Assembly (NCBI GenBank): GCA_040289885.1
Contig: PSLZ01000016.1
Coordinates: 1,551 to 65,550 of the forward strand
DNA from: Armatimonadota bacterium
GTDB taxonomy: Bacteria > Armatimonadota > HRBIN16
Direction: 5' to 3'
Length of the DNA: 64,000 bases
A program made the translations under genes and the position numbers. The notes below the pieces were generated by a model. The model saw only the letters and a program-made list of their open reading frames with translations. It was not told the origin of the DNA and did not search any database. This document shows, piece by piece, positions 28,980 through 41,797 of this stretch. Numbering within the stretch: position 1 is the first letter of the stretch; the number at the start of each line of letters is the position of its first letter.

Positions 28980-30278
28980 TCACGGCGCACCTCCTTCCAG
29001 CTCCTGGAGCTTTCCGAAGAAGTTCGGAAAGGTTTTTTGCACGCACTCCGGGTCGGCGATGGCGATGCCCGGCACGCGCAATCCGATGAGCGCAAACGCC
29101 ATCGCAATCCGATGGTCGTTGTAGGTTTGCACGGTGCCCCCTCGGGGCGTGCCCGGGTAGATGGTCAGCCCATCATCATGTTCTTCCACATTCACGCCCA
29201 GCCGTTTCAGTTCGTTTGCTACCGCGCTGACCCGGTTGCTCTCTTGATAGCGGGCGTGTTCCACGCCCCGGATGCGGGTTGGACTGTCGGCAAAGGGAGC
29301 CACCACCGCCAGCGTGATGAAGGTGTCCGAAATGTCCGACATGTTCACATCCACGCCATGCAGAGCCGAGGTGCCCGCTACTTCCACCCCATCTGGTAGC
29401 CAGCGTACGGTACATCCCATCTGTTCCAGAATGTCCACAAAGCGGATGTCACCTTGCAGGGAGTGCCGGTTCAATGCCGGGATGCGCACACGCCCGCCGG
29501 TTATCCCTGCTGCGGCGAAGAAGTAGGAGGCGGCGGTAGCATCGGGCTCGACGGGATATACCGCTTGGTCTTTCAACTGGTAGCGCTGGGGCGCGGGTAC
29601 GATGATGCGTGCATGCTCTTCCTCCCAGCAGGCGTCCACCCCGAACTGTCGCATCATGCGCAGGGTCATTTGCACGAAAGGCGCGGATACTAAGGCTCCC
29701 TCAAGACGTATGGTGACCGTGCCGGAGGCGCAAGGCGCCACCATCATCAGCGCGGAGAGGAACTGACTGCTGATGTCGGCGCGCACGGCGACCTCTCCCC
29801 CTTTCAGCCCGCGCGCCCGCACCACCACGGGCGGACAACCAGTGCCCGCTTCTGAAAACGCCTCGGCTCCCAGAGCGTTGAGGGCATCCAGCAAGGGCTG
29901 GATGGGGCGCTGGCGCATCCGCGGCGTGCCGTCTATCCGATAGGTTCCCTTGCCTAGCGCGACCAGCGCGGTAAGGAAGCGCGCCGCGGTGCCGGCATTC
30001 GCCACCCACAGGTCCGCCTGCGTCGCGGGGATTTTGCCCCCCTCTCCCCGGATGACGAGGGTTTCCGGTTGCGGTTGGCTTAGTCGGAATCCCAGCCTGC
30101 TCAGGCTCTCCTGCATCACGCGCGTATCTTCCGAGTCGAGCGCATGGGTGATGGTCACCTCCTGCGGGCACAGGCTCGCCAGCAACAAAGCGCGGTTCGT
30201 GATGCTTTTGGAGCCCGGCAGACTCACGGAGGCATCGGGTGGAGCGTGGAGAGGGACGATTTGGTGCACGGAGGTCAT
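28980..30278 (-). CDS. aroA: 3-phosphoshikimate 1-carboxyvinyltransferase (EPSP synthase) AroA.
   Basis: 432 aa with motifs LPGSKSITNRALLLA and NAGTAARFLTA. Confidence 0.9.
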   Translation of the reverse strand: MTSVHQIVPLHAPPDASVSLPGSKSITNRALLLASLCPQEVTITHALDSEDTRVMQESLSRLGFRLSQPQPETLVIRGEGGKIPATQADLWVANAGTAARFLTALVALGKGTYRIDGTPRMRQRPIQPLLDALNALGAEAFSEAGTGCPPVVVRARGLKGGEVAVRADISSQFLSALMMVAPCASGTVTIRLEGALVSAPFVQMTLRMMRQFGVDACWEEEHARIIVPAPQRYQLKDQAVYPVEPDATAASYFFAAAGITGGRVRIPALNRHSLQGDIRFVDILEQMGCTVRWLPDGVEVAGTSALHGVDVNMSDISDTFITLAVVAPFADSPTRIRGVEHARYQESNRVSAVANELKRLGVNVEEHDDGLTIYPGTPRGGTVQTYNDHRIAMAFALIGLRVPGIAIADPECVQKTFPNFFGKLQELEGGAP

Positions 30279-31123
30279 AGTCCAAACGCCTGCCGCAGAA
30301 TGTGTGCTTCGGTAAACAGCCGCTGGATGGTTTCGGCGTCTTCGTCGGCGATGGCGGAACGCACCTCCTGCAGTTTGCCGAGGAACTCGTCGATTGCCCG
30401 GAGCACGTGCTCGCGGTTATGCAGGAAGATGTCGCGCCACAGCTCGGGCGAGCTGCCGGCGACGCGCGTGCCATCTCGAAAGCTGCCCCCGACCAGCTGC
30501 GGATAGGAGCTGTTCTCGGCGACGTGTACCAGTGCCAGCGCGATGGCATGGGGCAGATGGCTGGTGAGTGCAACCGCACGGTCGTGCTCGTCTGGGTCGG
30601 CGATCAGCACTGGTGCGCCTAGCCCCTGTGCCAGCGCGGAGACCTTTTGCAGGGCGGGGGGAGATGTCTGCTCGGTGGGGGTGAGCGCCCAAGTGGTGTT
30701 GACGAACAGGTCGGCACGGGCGTTCTGCACGCCTGTCTGCTCCGAGCCTGCCATCGGGTGCCCTCCGACGAATCGCGCGCCCAGCAGGTCGGTGGCCTGC
30801 TGAACAACGGTGCTTTTTACTGAACCCACATCCGTCACCACGCAATCGGGCGAGAGCCATTGTTGGCACAGCCGGAGGGTGGGCACGATCAATCCAACAG
30901 GGGTGCACACCACCACCATATCCGCGCCGGTGACGGCTTCCTGCAGAGAGGTGGTGGCGGAATCGATGGCGCCTGCCTGCAGAGCCAGCTGTAGCCGTTC
31001 GGCACTGCGTCCTGCACCCACCACATGCAGAGCCAGCCCGCGCTGACGCACACCCATGCCGATAGAGCCGCCAATCAGCCCTACCCCGATGATACATAGC
31101 CTCTCACAAAGGGTTTCTGCCAT
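30275..31123 (-). CDS. tyrA: Prephenate dehydrogenase TyrA.
   Basis: N-terminal Rossmann IIGVGLIGGSIG, then conserved HPMAG and PDEHD blocks. Confidence 0.85.
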   Translation of the reverse strand: MAETLCERLCIIGVGLIGGSIGMGVRQRGLALHVVGAGRSAERLQLALQAGAIDSATTSLQEAVTGADMVVVCTPVGLIVPTLRLCQQWLSPDCVVTDVGSVKSTVVQQATDLLGARFVGGHPMAGSEQTGVQNARADLFVNTTWALTPTEQTSPPALQKVSALAQGLGAPVLIADPDEHDRAVALTSHLPHAIALALVHVAENSSYPQLVGGSFRDGTRVAGSSPELWRDIFLHNREHVLRAIDEFLGKLQEVRSAIADEDAETIQRLFTEAHILRQAFGL

Positions 31124-31132
31124 CGTCTCCTC

Positions 31133-32155
31133 CTAGATACTGCGTTCCACCGCTGGCGCCAGCTGGCGCAGTCGCTTCATCATCTCCTCAAAGGCTTCGA
31201 ACCGCAGAGATTGCGGTCCGTCCTTCAGCGCACGTTCGGGTTGAGGATGCACCTCCACGATGATGCCGTCCGCACCAGCAGCGATCGCCGCCGCAGCGAC
31301 CGCAGGCACCAGGCTCGCCTTGCCCGTGCCGTGCGAGGGGTCGGCGATAACGGGCAGATGGGACAGCTCCTTAGCCACCGGGATGGCGTTGATGTCAAAG
31401 GTGTTTCGAGTATAGGTCTCGAACGTGCGGATACCACGCTCGCACAGGATAATGTTGTAGTTGCCGCGTGAAGCGATATACTCCGCCGCCTGCATCCACT
31501 CCTCGATGAGCGATGCCCAGCCGCGCTTGAGCAGTACGGGCACGCGCGTATTACCGATCTCCTTCAGCAGAGAGAAGTTCGTCATGTTGCGAGTACCTAC
31601 CTGCAGAATATCGGCGTACTGTGCCACCAGCTCCACATCGCGCGTGTCCATCACCTCGGTGACGATGGGCAGACCGGTCTCCTCGCGCGCCGCCGCCAAC
31701 AGTTTCAACCCCTCTTCGCCCATGCCGTGGAACGAGTAGGGGGAGGTGCTGGGCTTGTATGCGCCACCGCGCAGGATATGTGCACCCATCTGTTTGACGA
31801 ACCGGGCGGTTTGCATTAACTGCTCTTCCGACTCGATGGTGCACGGGCCTGCCATGATGGTCAGGCGGTTTGCGCCGATCTCCACGCCCCGCACGTTGAT
31901 GACCGTGCCCTCGGGACGGAAGGCACGCCCTACCAGCTTGTAGGGTTTGGAGATAATCACCACCCGCTCTACATAGGGCAGAGCCTGCAACTGCTCTGAG
32001 AGATCGGCTTTCTCGGTGTCCATCACGCCGATACAGCCCACGATGGTGCGCTCGACCCCGCGCGAGATGTGCACTCCAAACCCGCGTGTTTTCAGGTTGT
32101 GGGTCAGCTCTTCGATATCTCTATCCGTCGCCTGAGGCGTCAGCACGATAATCAA
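31133..32155 (-). CDS. 3-deoxy-7-phosphoheptulonate (DAHP) synthase, type I-beta, with an N-terminal ferredoxin/ACT-like regulatory domain.
   Basis: The core (approx 250 aa) after an N-terminal ~90 aa ferredoxin-like segment resembles the Thermotoga-type DAHPS fusion (family recollection). Blocks are IMAGPCTIESEEQLMQTAR, KPSTSPYSFHG and ADPSHGTG. Confidence 0.8.
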   Translation of the reverse strand: MIIVLTPQATDRDIEELTHNLKTRGFGVHISRGVERTIVGCIGVMDTEKADLSEQLQALPYVERVVIISKPYKLVGRAFRPEGTVINVRGVEIGANRLTIMAGPCTIESEEQLMQTARFVKQMGAHILRGGAYKPSTSPYSFHGMGEEGLKLLAAAREETGLPIVTEVMDTRDVELVAQYADILQVGTRNMTNFSLLKEIGNTRVPVLLKRGWASLIEEWMQAAEYIASRGNYNIILCERGIRTFETYTRNTFDINAIPVAKELSHLPVIADPSHGTGKASLVPAVAAAAIAAGADGIIVEVHPQPERALKDGPQSLRFEAFEEMMKRLRQLAPAVERSI

Positions 32156-32242
32156 GGTAACGGTATACCTCCTTCAAGCGGTATGGGGATGGTGACCGAA
32201 TTATACATGAAAGGGGCGATGCTCGTCAACCGAGTGAGCCGA

Positions 32243-34705
<2,463 letters not shown>

Positions 34706-34710
34706 ACTGG

Positions 34711-35979
34711 TTATGATGCCTGCTTAATATCCTCGGCGCGCAGCACCTGAGGTTCGGCACGTTCCCGCACCGTTCGCTCATCGACGATGACCCGCTTGAT
34801 GTCTTGGGAGGAGGGCACCTCGTACATGATGTTGAGCATGATCTCCTCGATGATGGCACGCAGGGCACGCGCACCCGTTCCCCGCGCCATCGCCTCCTGG
34901 GCTATGGCTCGCAGAGCCTCCTCGGTGAACACCAAGTCCACGCCGTCCATCTCGAAGAACTTTTGGTACTGTTTCACCAGCGCGTTTTTCGGCTCCACCA
35001 GAATGCGCATCAGCGTCTCTTCGTCCAGCGGTTCGAGGGTGGTCACTACCGGCAAACGACCGATGAACTCGGGGATAAAGCCGAACTTGAGCAGGTCTTC
35101 CGGGATCACTTGTGCCAGCAGTTCCCCATAACTGAGCTTCTTTTTGCCTTCCAGCGAGGCGCGGAAGCCCATCGTCTGGTTGCCCAGTCGCTGGGCGATA
35201 ATTTTGTCCAGCCCTTCGAACGCACCGCCGCAGATGAACAGGATATTGGTGGTATCTACCTGAATGAACTCCTGTTGCGGGTGTTTGCGTCCGCCCTGTG
35301 GGGGCACATTGGCAATGGTGCCCTCCAAGATCTTCAGCAGGGCTTGCTGGACCCCTTCGCCGGACACGTCGCGCGTGATGGAAGGGTTATCCGCCTTGCG
35401 GGCGATTTTGTCTATCTCGTCGATGTAGACGATGCCGCGCTGGGCGTTGCGCACGGTTTCCTGCAGGGAGGTGCCCGTGTCGGCGGCTTGCAGTAGCCGA
35501 AGCAGGATGTTCTCCACGTCCTCGCCCACATAGCCCGCTTCGGTGAGGGAGGTGGCATCGGCGATGGCAAAAGGCACGTTCAAAATCTTCGCCAGCGTCT
35601 GCGCCAGCAAGGTCTTGCCGCTACCGGTGGGACCGATCAGCAGGATGTTACTCTTTTGCAGTTCCACCTCGTTATCGCGCGAGGCGTGCTGGATGCGCTT
35701 GTAGTGGTTGTACACCGCCACCGACAGCGCGCGCTTGGCGCGTTCCTGCCCCACGACGTACTGGCTGAGGATGCGGTAGATCTCTTTAGGCTTGGGAACG
35801 CTGGGCAGTCCGTGTGTTGCAGCGCGCTCATGACGTGCCACCTGCGACTGGATGAGTTCGTTGGCGTAATGGATGCAGTCGATACACACCCCGCCGTGCA
35901 TGCCCTGGATCAGACGCGGGCGGATCTTTCCACACAGCACACAACGCCCTTCCAACGGTTCGAATCCGGTTCGTGCCAC
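34711..35979 (-). CDS. clpX: ATP-dependent Clp protease ATP-binding subunit ClpX.
   Basis: GTG start at 35979 with a GAGAGGAG SD. N-terminal zinc finger CVLCGK...CIDCI, then GPTGSGKT and the [11 protein letters not shown] pore loop. Confidence 0.9.
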   Translation of the reverse strand: MARTGFEPLEGRCVLCGKIRPRLIQGMHGGVCIDCIHYANELIQSQVARHERAATHGLPSVPKPKEIYRILSQYVVGQERAKRALSVAVYNHYKRIQHASRDNEVELQKSNILLIGPTGSGKTLLAQTLAKILNVPFAIADATSLTEAGYVGEDVENILLRLLQAADTGTSLQETVRNAQRGIVYIDEIDKIARKADNPSITRDVSGEGVQQALLKILEGTIANVPPQGGRKHPQQEFIQVDTTNILFICGGAFEGLDKIIAQRLGNQTMGFRASLEGKKKLSYGELLAQVIPEDLLKFGFIPEFIGRLPVVTTLEPLDEETLMRILVEPKNALVKQYQKFFEMDGVDLVFTEEALRAIAQEAMARGTGARALRAIIEEIMLNIMYEVPSSQDIKRVIVDERTVRERAEPQVLRAEDIKQAS

Positions 35980-36001
35980 AGGTTCGCTCCTCTCATGATT
36001 T

Positions 36002-36613
36002 TTAGCGTGCGCCACGCGACAGTATTTCGTCAATGATGCCGTATTCCTTCGCCTCCTGCGCGGACATGAAGTAATCACGCTGGGTATCCTGCTCCACCCG
36101 CTCCAGAGGCTGTCCCGTGTGGTAGGCAAGAATCTCGTTGAGCATCCGGTTGTATCGCAATACTTCCTGCGCCTGAATGTTGATGTCGATGGCAGTGCCC
36201 TGGAAGCCTGCGCTGACCTGATGGATCATCACGCGAGCGTGTTCCAGGCAGTAGCGTTTGCCTTTCGTGCCCGCTGCAAGCAGGACCGCTCCCATCGACG
36301 CCGCCTGTCCTACGCAGATGGTGGCGATGTCGCACTTGAGCACCTGCATGGTGTCGTAGATGGCAAGCCCAGCGGACACACTGCCTCCCGGCGAGTTGAT
36401 ATATAGCTCGATGTCGCGGTTCGGGTCTTCCTTCTCCAAGAACAGCATCTCCGCGACCACGAGGTTCGCCAGGTGGTCGTCGATAGGTTCGCCGATGAAG
36501 ATGATGCGGTCCTTGAGCAGGCGCGAGTAGATATCGTATGCCCGTTCGCCACGCGCCGTCTGCTCAACGACCATCGGTATCAATGAGTTGTGGATGAGCG
36601 GTCGTGCTTTCAT
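36002..36613 (-). CDS. clpP: ATP-dependent Clp protease proteolytic subunit ClpP.
   Basis: Motifs [18 protein letters not shown] and [14 protein letters not shown] (catalytic Ser). Confidence 0.95.
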   Translation of the reverse strand: MKARPLIHNSLIPMVVEQTARGERAYDIYSRLLKDRIIFIGEPIDDHLANLVVAEMLFLEKEDPNRDIELYINSPGGSVSAGLAIYDTMQVLKCDIATICVGQAASMGAVLLAAGTKGKRYCLEHARVMIHQVSAGFQGTAIDINIQAQEVLRYNRMLNEILAYHTGQPLERVEQDTQRDYFMSAQEAKEYGIIDEILSRGAR

Positions 36614-36616
36614 CGC

Positions 36617-37936
36617 CTACTCCTGATTATCGGCCTGCTCACGCTGTGACTGGATACGAAACTCTTCTTCTGTAACTTCGGCAACATCCCACAGAAACTG
36701 CAGGGTCTTCTGCGTCAAGAGCTCGTCCAGCGCGTCTTCCGCCTCTTCCGAGTTTTGTGCGTCAGCCGCTGTCATGTTGCGCGCTTCGGCTATCTTCTGA
36801 ATCGTCTGCTTGCGCTCTTCGTCGGTCAGAGCGATGCCTTCGCGCTCGCGGATGGCTTTGAGTATCAATCCGTAAAGGATGCTGGACTCGGTGCGGGTGC
36901 GCCAGTACTCATAGAACTCGGACTCCGTCATATTCAGACTGCGCGCGTACTCCGCCATGCTGTATCCCCCTCGACGCAGATTCTCCTCGATCTGCGCCAG
37001 GGTATCCCGCGCACGGGTTTCGATGATGATCGGCGAGATTTCCACCGTTGCCGATTGCAGCACCGCTTGCCGCATGCTGGCATTGGACGCCGACTCCGCG
37101 TAGCGCGTCAGTTCGTCCAGAAGGGCTTGTCGGATGCGCTCGCGCAGTTCGTCCATCGTCTCCGCCTTCATCTGCTTGAGCAGTTCCTCGTCATCGGGCA
37201 GTTTCATCTCGGAGATACCGTGCACGGTTACCTGCAGGCGCACGGTTTTGCCGCGCAGTTCCGCGTCGGGGTCGGTTTCGGGAAACTGCACGGTCTCCTC
37301 TTTGCTATCGCCTGCCTTCATGCCGAGGAGCACGCGTCCTAGCGGATGTGCCTGCATCTCTTCGGTCAGATGTACCAGATTGCGTCGGGTCGCGCGTGGG
37401 TTCGCCTCGCCCTCGATGTGCGGGACGATGGTGACGAAAACCACGTCGCCCGTTTGCGCCTCCCGGTGCACGCGTTCGTAGCGGATGAACTGGCGGCGGC
37501 GCGATTCGATCTCATTGGTCACATCCTCGTCGGTGACCACCGGCTTGTAGCGTGTGGCCTTCAGCCCGCGATATTCGCCCAGCTCCACTTTGGGCTCCAG
37601 GGGCACCTTCAGCGAGTAGAGCATCGGCTTGCCCTCTTCCAGCTGTTGCACATCCAGCTGGGGTGGCACACCGTACGGCTCCACCTGCGCCTCCTGTAAA
37701 GCGGGGTTCATCGTTTCCTTGAGAATCTGTTCCAGCACCCGCTCGCGCACATAATCCTCGCGCAGTGCCTGACGCAAAAGCCCGATGGGCGCTTTGCCGG
37801 GGCGGAAACCTGGCACCTCCACATATCTACCCAACTGCCGATAGACCTTTTCAAAAACCTGGTTGACACGCTCCGGTTCTACCTCTACCTGTAGAGCGAC
37901 CGTCCGATTGTCCAATGTCTGCGTGGTTACTTGCAT
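36617..37936 (-). CDS. tig: Trigger factor.
   Basis: 439 aa. N-terminal MQVTTQTLDNRTVALQVEVEPERV, a PPIase domain and a C-terminal helical arm. Canonical tig-clpP-clpX-lon order. Confidence 0.9.
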   Translation of the reverse strand: MQVTTQTLDNRTVALQVEVEPERVNQVFEKVYRQLGRYVEVPGFRPGKAPIGLLRQALREDYVRERVLEQILKETMNPALQEAQVEPYGVPPQLDVQQLEEGKPMLYSLKVPLEPKVELGEYRGLKATRYKPVVTDEDVTNEIESRRRQFIRYERVHREAQTGDVVFVTIVPHIEGEANPRATRRNLVHLTEEMQAHPLGRVLLGMKAGDSKEETVQFPETDPDAELRGKTVRLQVTVHGISEMKLPDDEELLKQMKAETMDELRERIRQALLDELTRYAESASNASMRQAVLQSATVEISPIIIETRARDTLAQIEENLRRGGYSMAEYARSLNMTESEFYEYWRTRTESSILYGLILKAIREREGIALTDEERKQTIQKIAEARNMTAADAQNSEEAEDALDELLTQKTLQFLWDVAEVTEEEFRIQSQREQADNQE

Positions 37937-38139
37937 CCTTTACCCATGCCTCGTTCAGCAGATTCATCCCTCGCTGATGTTTATTCGCAAAAAGAAGGAT
38001 ACAATCCGTCATGCAAAGGGACGGGTTGCATCCTTCCTGCCGAGCACCGGGAAACATCTTAGGGCTACCTGTACTGACCACGGTGCTAGTGTACCATACC
38101 CTGAACATGCTGTCAAGATGGTGCGCCTATCCGGGCACT

Positions 38140-39153
38140 TCAGAGGTCTCTCTGCACCATGTAATCGCACAAAGCGATCAGGCTCTGGCGGATGGGGCTG
38201 TCGGGCAGTCGCTCCAGCGCTTCTGCTGCCTGTTGGGCGTGGCGTGCGGCGACGGCCTGCGTCCGGCTAAAACCCTCGTAACGTTCGATAATGTCCACCA
38301 CTTGCTGAACCTCTCCATCTTTCACTGGCGAGCCGATGATCTGCAGTAATCGCTGGCGGTCCGCCGGTGTGGCTTCTCGCAGGGTGATAATCAACGGCAG
38401 GGTGAACTTGCCTTCGCGCAGGTCGCTCCCGACCGGTTTGCCCATGCGCACGGGGTTGCCAGTGTAGTCCAGCAGGTCATCGGCGATCTGGAACGCCATG
38501 CCGATGTGGTATCCGTAGTCCGACAAGGCGTCTACCATCGGTTGAGGGGCACTGGCGACCAGCGCGCCCGTGCGACAGCATCCTCGAATGAACCCCGCCG
38601 TCTTCTTGCGAATGATTTCGAAGTAGGTCTGCTCGGAGATGGAAGGGTCGTTGGTATGAATCATCTGAAGCACTTCGCCTTCGCTCATCTCGATAGCCAC
38701 CTGCGAGACCGTGCGCAGGATGGCGAGGTCACCGTCTTCTGCCAGCAGGTACATGGCTTTCGCCAGCAGGTAGTCGCCGGTTAGCACGGTGACCCCGTTG
38801 CCGAATACCGCGCTGGCGGTTGGGCGTCCGCGCCGGGTGGTGGTGTTGTCCACGACGTCGTCGTGGATGAGCGTCGCCATGTGCATCAGCTCTGCCACCG
38901 CCGCCAAGGGGATCAGCCTGTTTTTGTCCACCGGCAAGCCGGTCGCATATGCGCTGAGACAGACCAGTGCAGGGCGTAGCCGTTTGCCCCCCGAAGAGAG
39001 CACGTGTCCCCCTAGGGACCATATCGTGCGCACGGGCGAGGATATCTCCTGCTGGATGCGCTCTTCCACTGCCTGCAGGTCGGGCAAAACGACTTCCAGC
39101 AGTTTCATCATATGGGGGTCGGTGGCGCGGGTGATGAACGCAGAAGTGCTCAT
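38140..39153 (-). CDS. Polyprenyl diphosphate synthase (hepta/octaprenyl, IspB/HepT-like).
   Basis: First DDxxD motif LIHDDVVDN and second DD-rich motif FQIADDLLD. Confidence 0.85.
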   Translation of the reverse strand: MSTSAFITRATDPHMMKLLEVVLPDLQAVEERIQQEISSPVRTIWSLGGHVLSSGGKRLRPALVCLSAYATGLPVDKNRLIPLAAVAELMHMATLIHDDVVDNTTTRRGRPTASAVFGNGVTVLTGDYLLAKAMYLLAEDGDLAILRTVSQVAIEMSEGEVLQMIHTNDPSISEQTYFEIIRKKTAGFIRGCCRTGALVASAPQPMVDALSDYGYHIGMAFQIADDLLDYTGNPVRMGKPVGSDLREGKFTLPLIITLREATPADRQRLLQIIGSPVKDGEVQQVVDIIERYEGFSRTQAVAARHAQQAAEALERLPDSPIRQSLIALCDYMVQRDL

Positions 39154-39884
39154 GGTTTAACTCCAGAATGAATGCATACGATTCCAAAGGTGAGCTCCCG
39201 CCACTGGACCTGGGTGAACCCTGCTTCGCGTAGCAGATGTGCCAGCTGTTCGCGCTCTGGGAAGTGGCTAACGGAGACCGGCAGGTAAGTGTAGGCGTCG
39301 CGATGGCTGAGCAGTCCCCCGATAAAGGGCAGGATGCGATGGAAGTAAAAGGCGTAGATGGTGCGGAAGGGCTGTCGTTGTGGGTGCGAGAACTCCAGGC
39401 AAACCAGCCTCCCGCCCGGTTTGAGCACACGCCACATCTCGGCGAACGCGCGCTGAATGTCTGCCACGTTGCGGATGCCAAAGGCGACGGTGACGGCATC
39501 AAAGATGTTTGCCGCGAAGGGCAGGGTTTGCGCATCCCCCAGGGCCAGCATGATGCGTCGCCCCACCCGATGTCGGCGCACTTTGGACATGCCGATTTTG
39601 AGCATCGGTTCGCAGAAGTCGATACCAATCACCTGCCCATCTTCTCCTACGTCTTTTGCCAGCCTCAGGGCAAAGTCCGCCGTGCCGGTGCACACATCCA
39701 GCGCGCACTGACCCGGATTCAGCATGGCAGACTTCGCCGCCACATGCCGCCAGTAGTGATGGATGCGCAAACTGAGCAGTGAGTTCAGCAGGTCATAGCG
39801 CGGCGCGATGCGTGCGAACATGTCGCGCACATAGCCATGCTTCCGCTCGCCGATAACCTGCGATGTGTCCAGCGTCGTGCCCAC
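39150..39884 (-). CDS. ubiE: Demethylmenaquinone / ubiquinone methyltransferase UbiE/MenG.
   Basis: DVCTGTADFA motif I and UbiE-family conserved blocks. It overlaps ispB by 4 nt. Confidence 0.85.
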   Translation of the reverse strand: MGTTLDTSQVIGERKHGYVRDMFARIAPRYDLLNSLLSLRIHHYWRHVAAKSAMLNPGQCALDVCTGTADFALRLAKDVGEDGQVIGIDFCEPMLKIGMSKVRRHRVGRRIMLALGDAQTLPFAANIFDAVTVAFGIRNVADIQRAFAEMWRVLKPGGRLVCLEFSHPQRQPFRTIYAFYFHRILPFIGGLLSHRDAYTYLPVSVSHFPEREQLAHLLREAGFTQVQWRELTFGIVCIHSGVKP

Positions 39885-39964
39885 AACAGGTTCCTTTCAT
39901 GCACCCTGTTTCACAATCTATCGCAACGAGTATACCCTATATCGGAGACATGTTCCAAACTTTG

Positions 39965-41317
39965 TTAGTATGCAAAACTGCGCCCGCTTTCCTGCCTCTG
40001 CGAATCTCTGAGCAGGAGCATCCCCCACGCCACCAGCGCCAGGTCGACCGCGTTTTGCCCCACCTGAGGCAGGTAGTAATAATGTTCGAACGGATGCAGA
40101 AAGCTCATGGGCAAGTAGGTAACACCTTGCCACAGGAGCCACCAGCCGAACCATCGCCGCCAACGCCAGAACGCGACCAGCACGCCCACAAAGGCGAGGT
40201 CGGCAGCCAGCGTGTCCCAGGCGTCTTTGAAGAAGAACAGGTAGGGGTCAAAGCCGGTGGTTTTCCAGTACTGGTAATGCGTGAGCACGGGGACGAGGGT
40301 CTGCAACAGATGTCTTGTTGCGAGCGTGGGAGAGGAGCGTAACTGCTGTTGCTGGTAGCCGCTGATGGTGGGTGGCAAGAGTGTCAACCGCAAAGCGACA
40401 GACGCTAGCGCTATCGCCACGACGATACCCGGGGCTACCCACGCTCGCCACCGCCACTCCCTGCGCACGGCGAAGGCGAGCACGATAACGAGAGGAACCG
40501 CTGTCAGCGGTTGTTCATAGGCACCGCACGCGCCCGCGTCAAGCAGACCCGCCGCCAGCAGATAGCGCGTGCGCCCCGTCTCGCCCCAGTGCAAGAAGCT
40601 TCTGAGGCTCCATACCGTCAGGCAGGTTGCCAGCAGGGCGGTGCGCGAGGGAACCCACACGATGAGACGCTCGAAATCGCTGTGCACCAGCCTGTCCCAG
40701 CCCCAGAAAAACGCCCCTATTCCCAACCCTATCTGCCACCAGTGGGCGCGGAGCCGGCTTTTCCACGCGGGCAGGCTGTGCGGATAGCTCGTGACCAGAA
40801 ACCATACCAGTATCCACCACCACACGGATAGCCTCTGTACGCTGTGCAGGGCGTTTGTTTGCTGAAGGCTTAGGATAACCGCCCCGGCGAGCGCGAACGC
40901 TTGTGCGTGCCTTTCCTCGGTGAGAGGAGGCGATAGCCATCGGTGCGCAAACCCCCTCAAAAGCCCGTAGGAACCCAAAGCGGTTAGCAGTGCCAACAAC
41001 CAGTTGGTCAACCGATAGCCCCAGCCGGTTTCGCCGTACAGCGTGTAGTCTAGCAGAAGGGACAGGCAGGTGGTCGGGCGATAGAAGCCGTTATGCAGAA
41101 ACCAGTCGCCGGTGAACCAGCGCCACCAGCCGGCTATTCCGCCGGTATCGCGCATGGCGTTTAGCATGGCGGCGGTGTCGGTGTCCGTGCGCAAAGGGGC
41201 GTTCGCTACCACCTGCACAAGCCCCGGCAGGTTGGCGAAGAGCACCACCAGCACAGGAAGAGACCTCTGCCAGAAGCGAGGTTGCATGTTTACAATTACT
41301 CGTGACAGTCTGTGCAC
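39965..41317 (-). CDS. Large polytopic membrane protein (approx 12 TM). Possibly a GT-C/PMT-like glycosyltransferase. Hypothetical.
   Basis: 450 aa, Trp-rich and hydrophobic. The family is not confidently recognisable. Confidence 0.4.
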   Translation of the reverse strand: MHRLSRVIVNMQPRFWQRSLPVLVVLFANLPGLVQVVANAPLRTDTDTAAMLNAMRDTGGIAGWWRWFTGDWFLHNGFYRPTTCLSLLLDYTLYGETGWGYRLTNWLLALLTALGSYGLLRGFAHRWLSPPLTEERHAQAFALAGAVILSLQQTNALHSVQRLSVWWWILVWFLVTSYPHSLPAWKSRLRAHWWQIGLGIGAFFWGWDRLVHSDFERLIVWVPSRTALLATCLTVWSLRSFLHWGETGRTRYLLAAGLLDAGACGAYEQPLTAVPLVIVLAFAVRREWRWRAWVAPGIVVAIALASVALRLTLLPPTISGYQQQQLRSSPTLATRHLLQTLVPVLTHYQYWKTTGFDPYLFFFKDAWDTLAADLAFVGVLVAFWRWRRWFGWWLLWQGVTYLPMSFLHPFEHYYYLPQVGQNAVDLALVAWGMLLLRDSQRQESGRSFAY

Positions 41318-41344
41318 TGGGCAAAGTTTTTAGCGTATTTACGT

Positions 41345-41797
41345 TCAGTATACATCCAGTAACTCGTCACGATGGATGCACTCTATTTGGTGAACACGAA
41401 GCTCCTGCATCAAAGGGGCATCTGTAGTAACAACTATCCCATGTCCTGCCGTAGCGAGGCGAGCCAAGTATCTATCATCAGGCTTTATCTGCCAATCCTC
41501 GGCAAGTGGGGGGCAATCGTGCTGGTCGATGGCGAGATATTTTTGACTATTGTTGAGCACGAAGTTACGGCAATAGCGCACAATCTGGGGGGTTCTCACG
41601 TCTCTGAACAGGCAAAGGTTATAGAACTTTTGCTCAAACGCAGAGCCTTTCATAGAAACCAGCATATCGCATTTCTGTACCAGTTGCTCCAGAAAACGGA
41701 ATGCCTGTTGCTGACGCTCAAGCCCATTTTCACCGCCGAGATCGTGCCATAACCACTCGTCAACGATAAACCGTCTCTTGGTGTTCTGCACGTTCAA
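41345..41797 (-). CDS. Small (approx 150 aa) protein overlapping the stop of the upstream ATPase. Putative effector/partner of a two-gene defence-like module.
   Basis: A TTG/GTG start overlaps the ATPase stop (TTGA). Sequence RRFIVDEWLWHDLGGENG...GIVVTTDAPL has acidic PIN/Toprim-like positions but no confident family. GC is visibly lower than the flanks. Confidence 0.5.
   Translation of the reverse strand: MNVQNTKRRFIVDEWLWHDLGGENGLERQQQAFRFLEQLVQKCDMLVSMKGSAFEQKFYNLCLFRDVRTPQIVRYCRNFVLNNSQKYLAIDQHDCPPLAEDWQIKPDDRYLARLATAGHGIVVTTDAPLMQELRVHQIECIHRDELLDVY

Noticed and set aside
27647-29107. 486-aa ORF
   Set aside because: Only the C-terminal 228 aa (PlsC) is real. The N-terminal part is read-through in an alternate frame across cmk.
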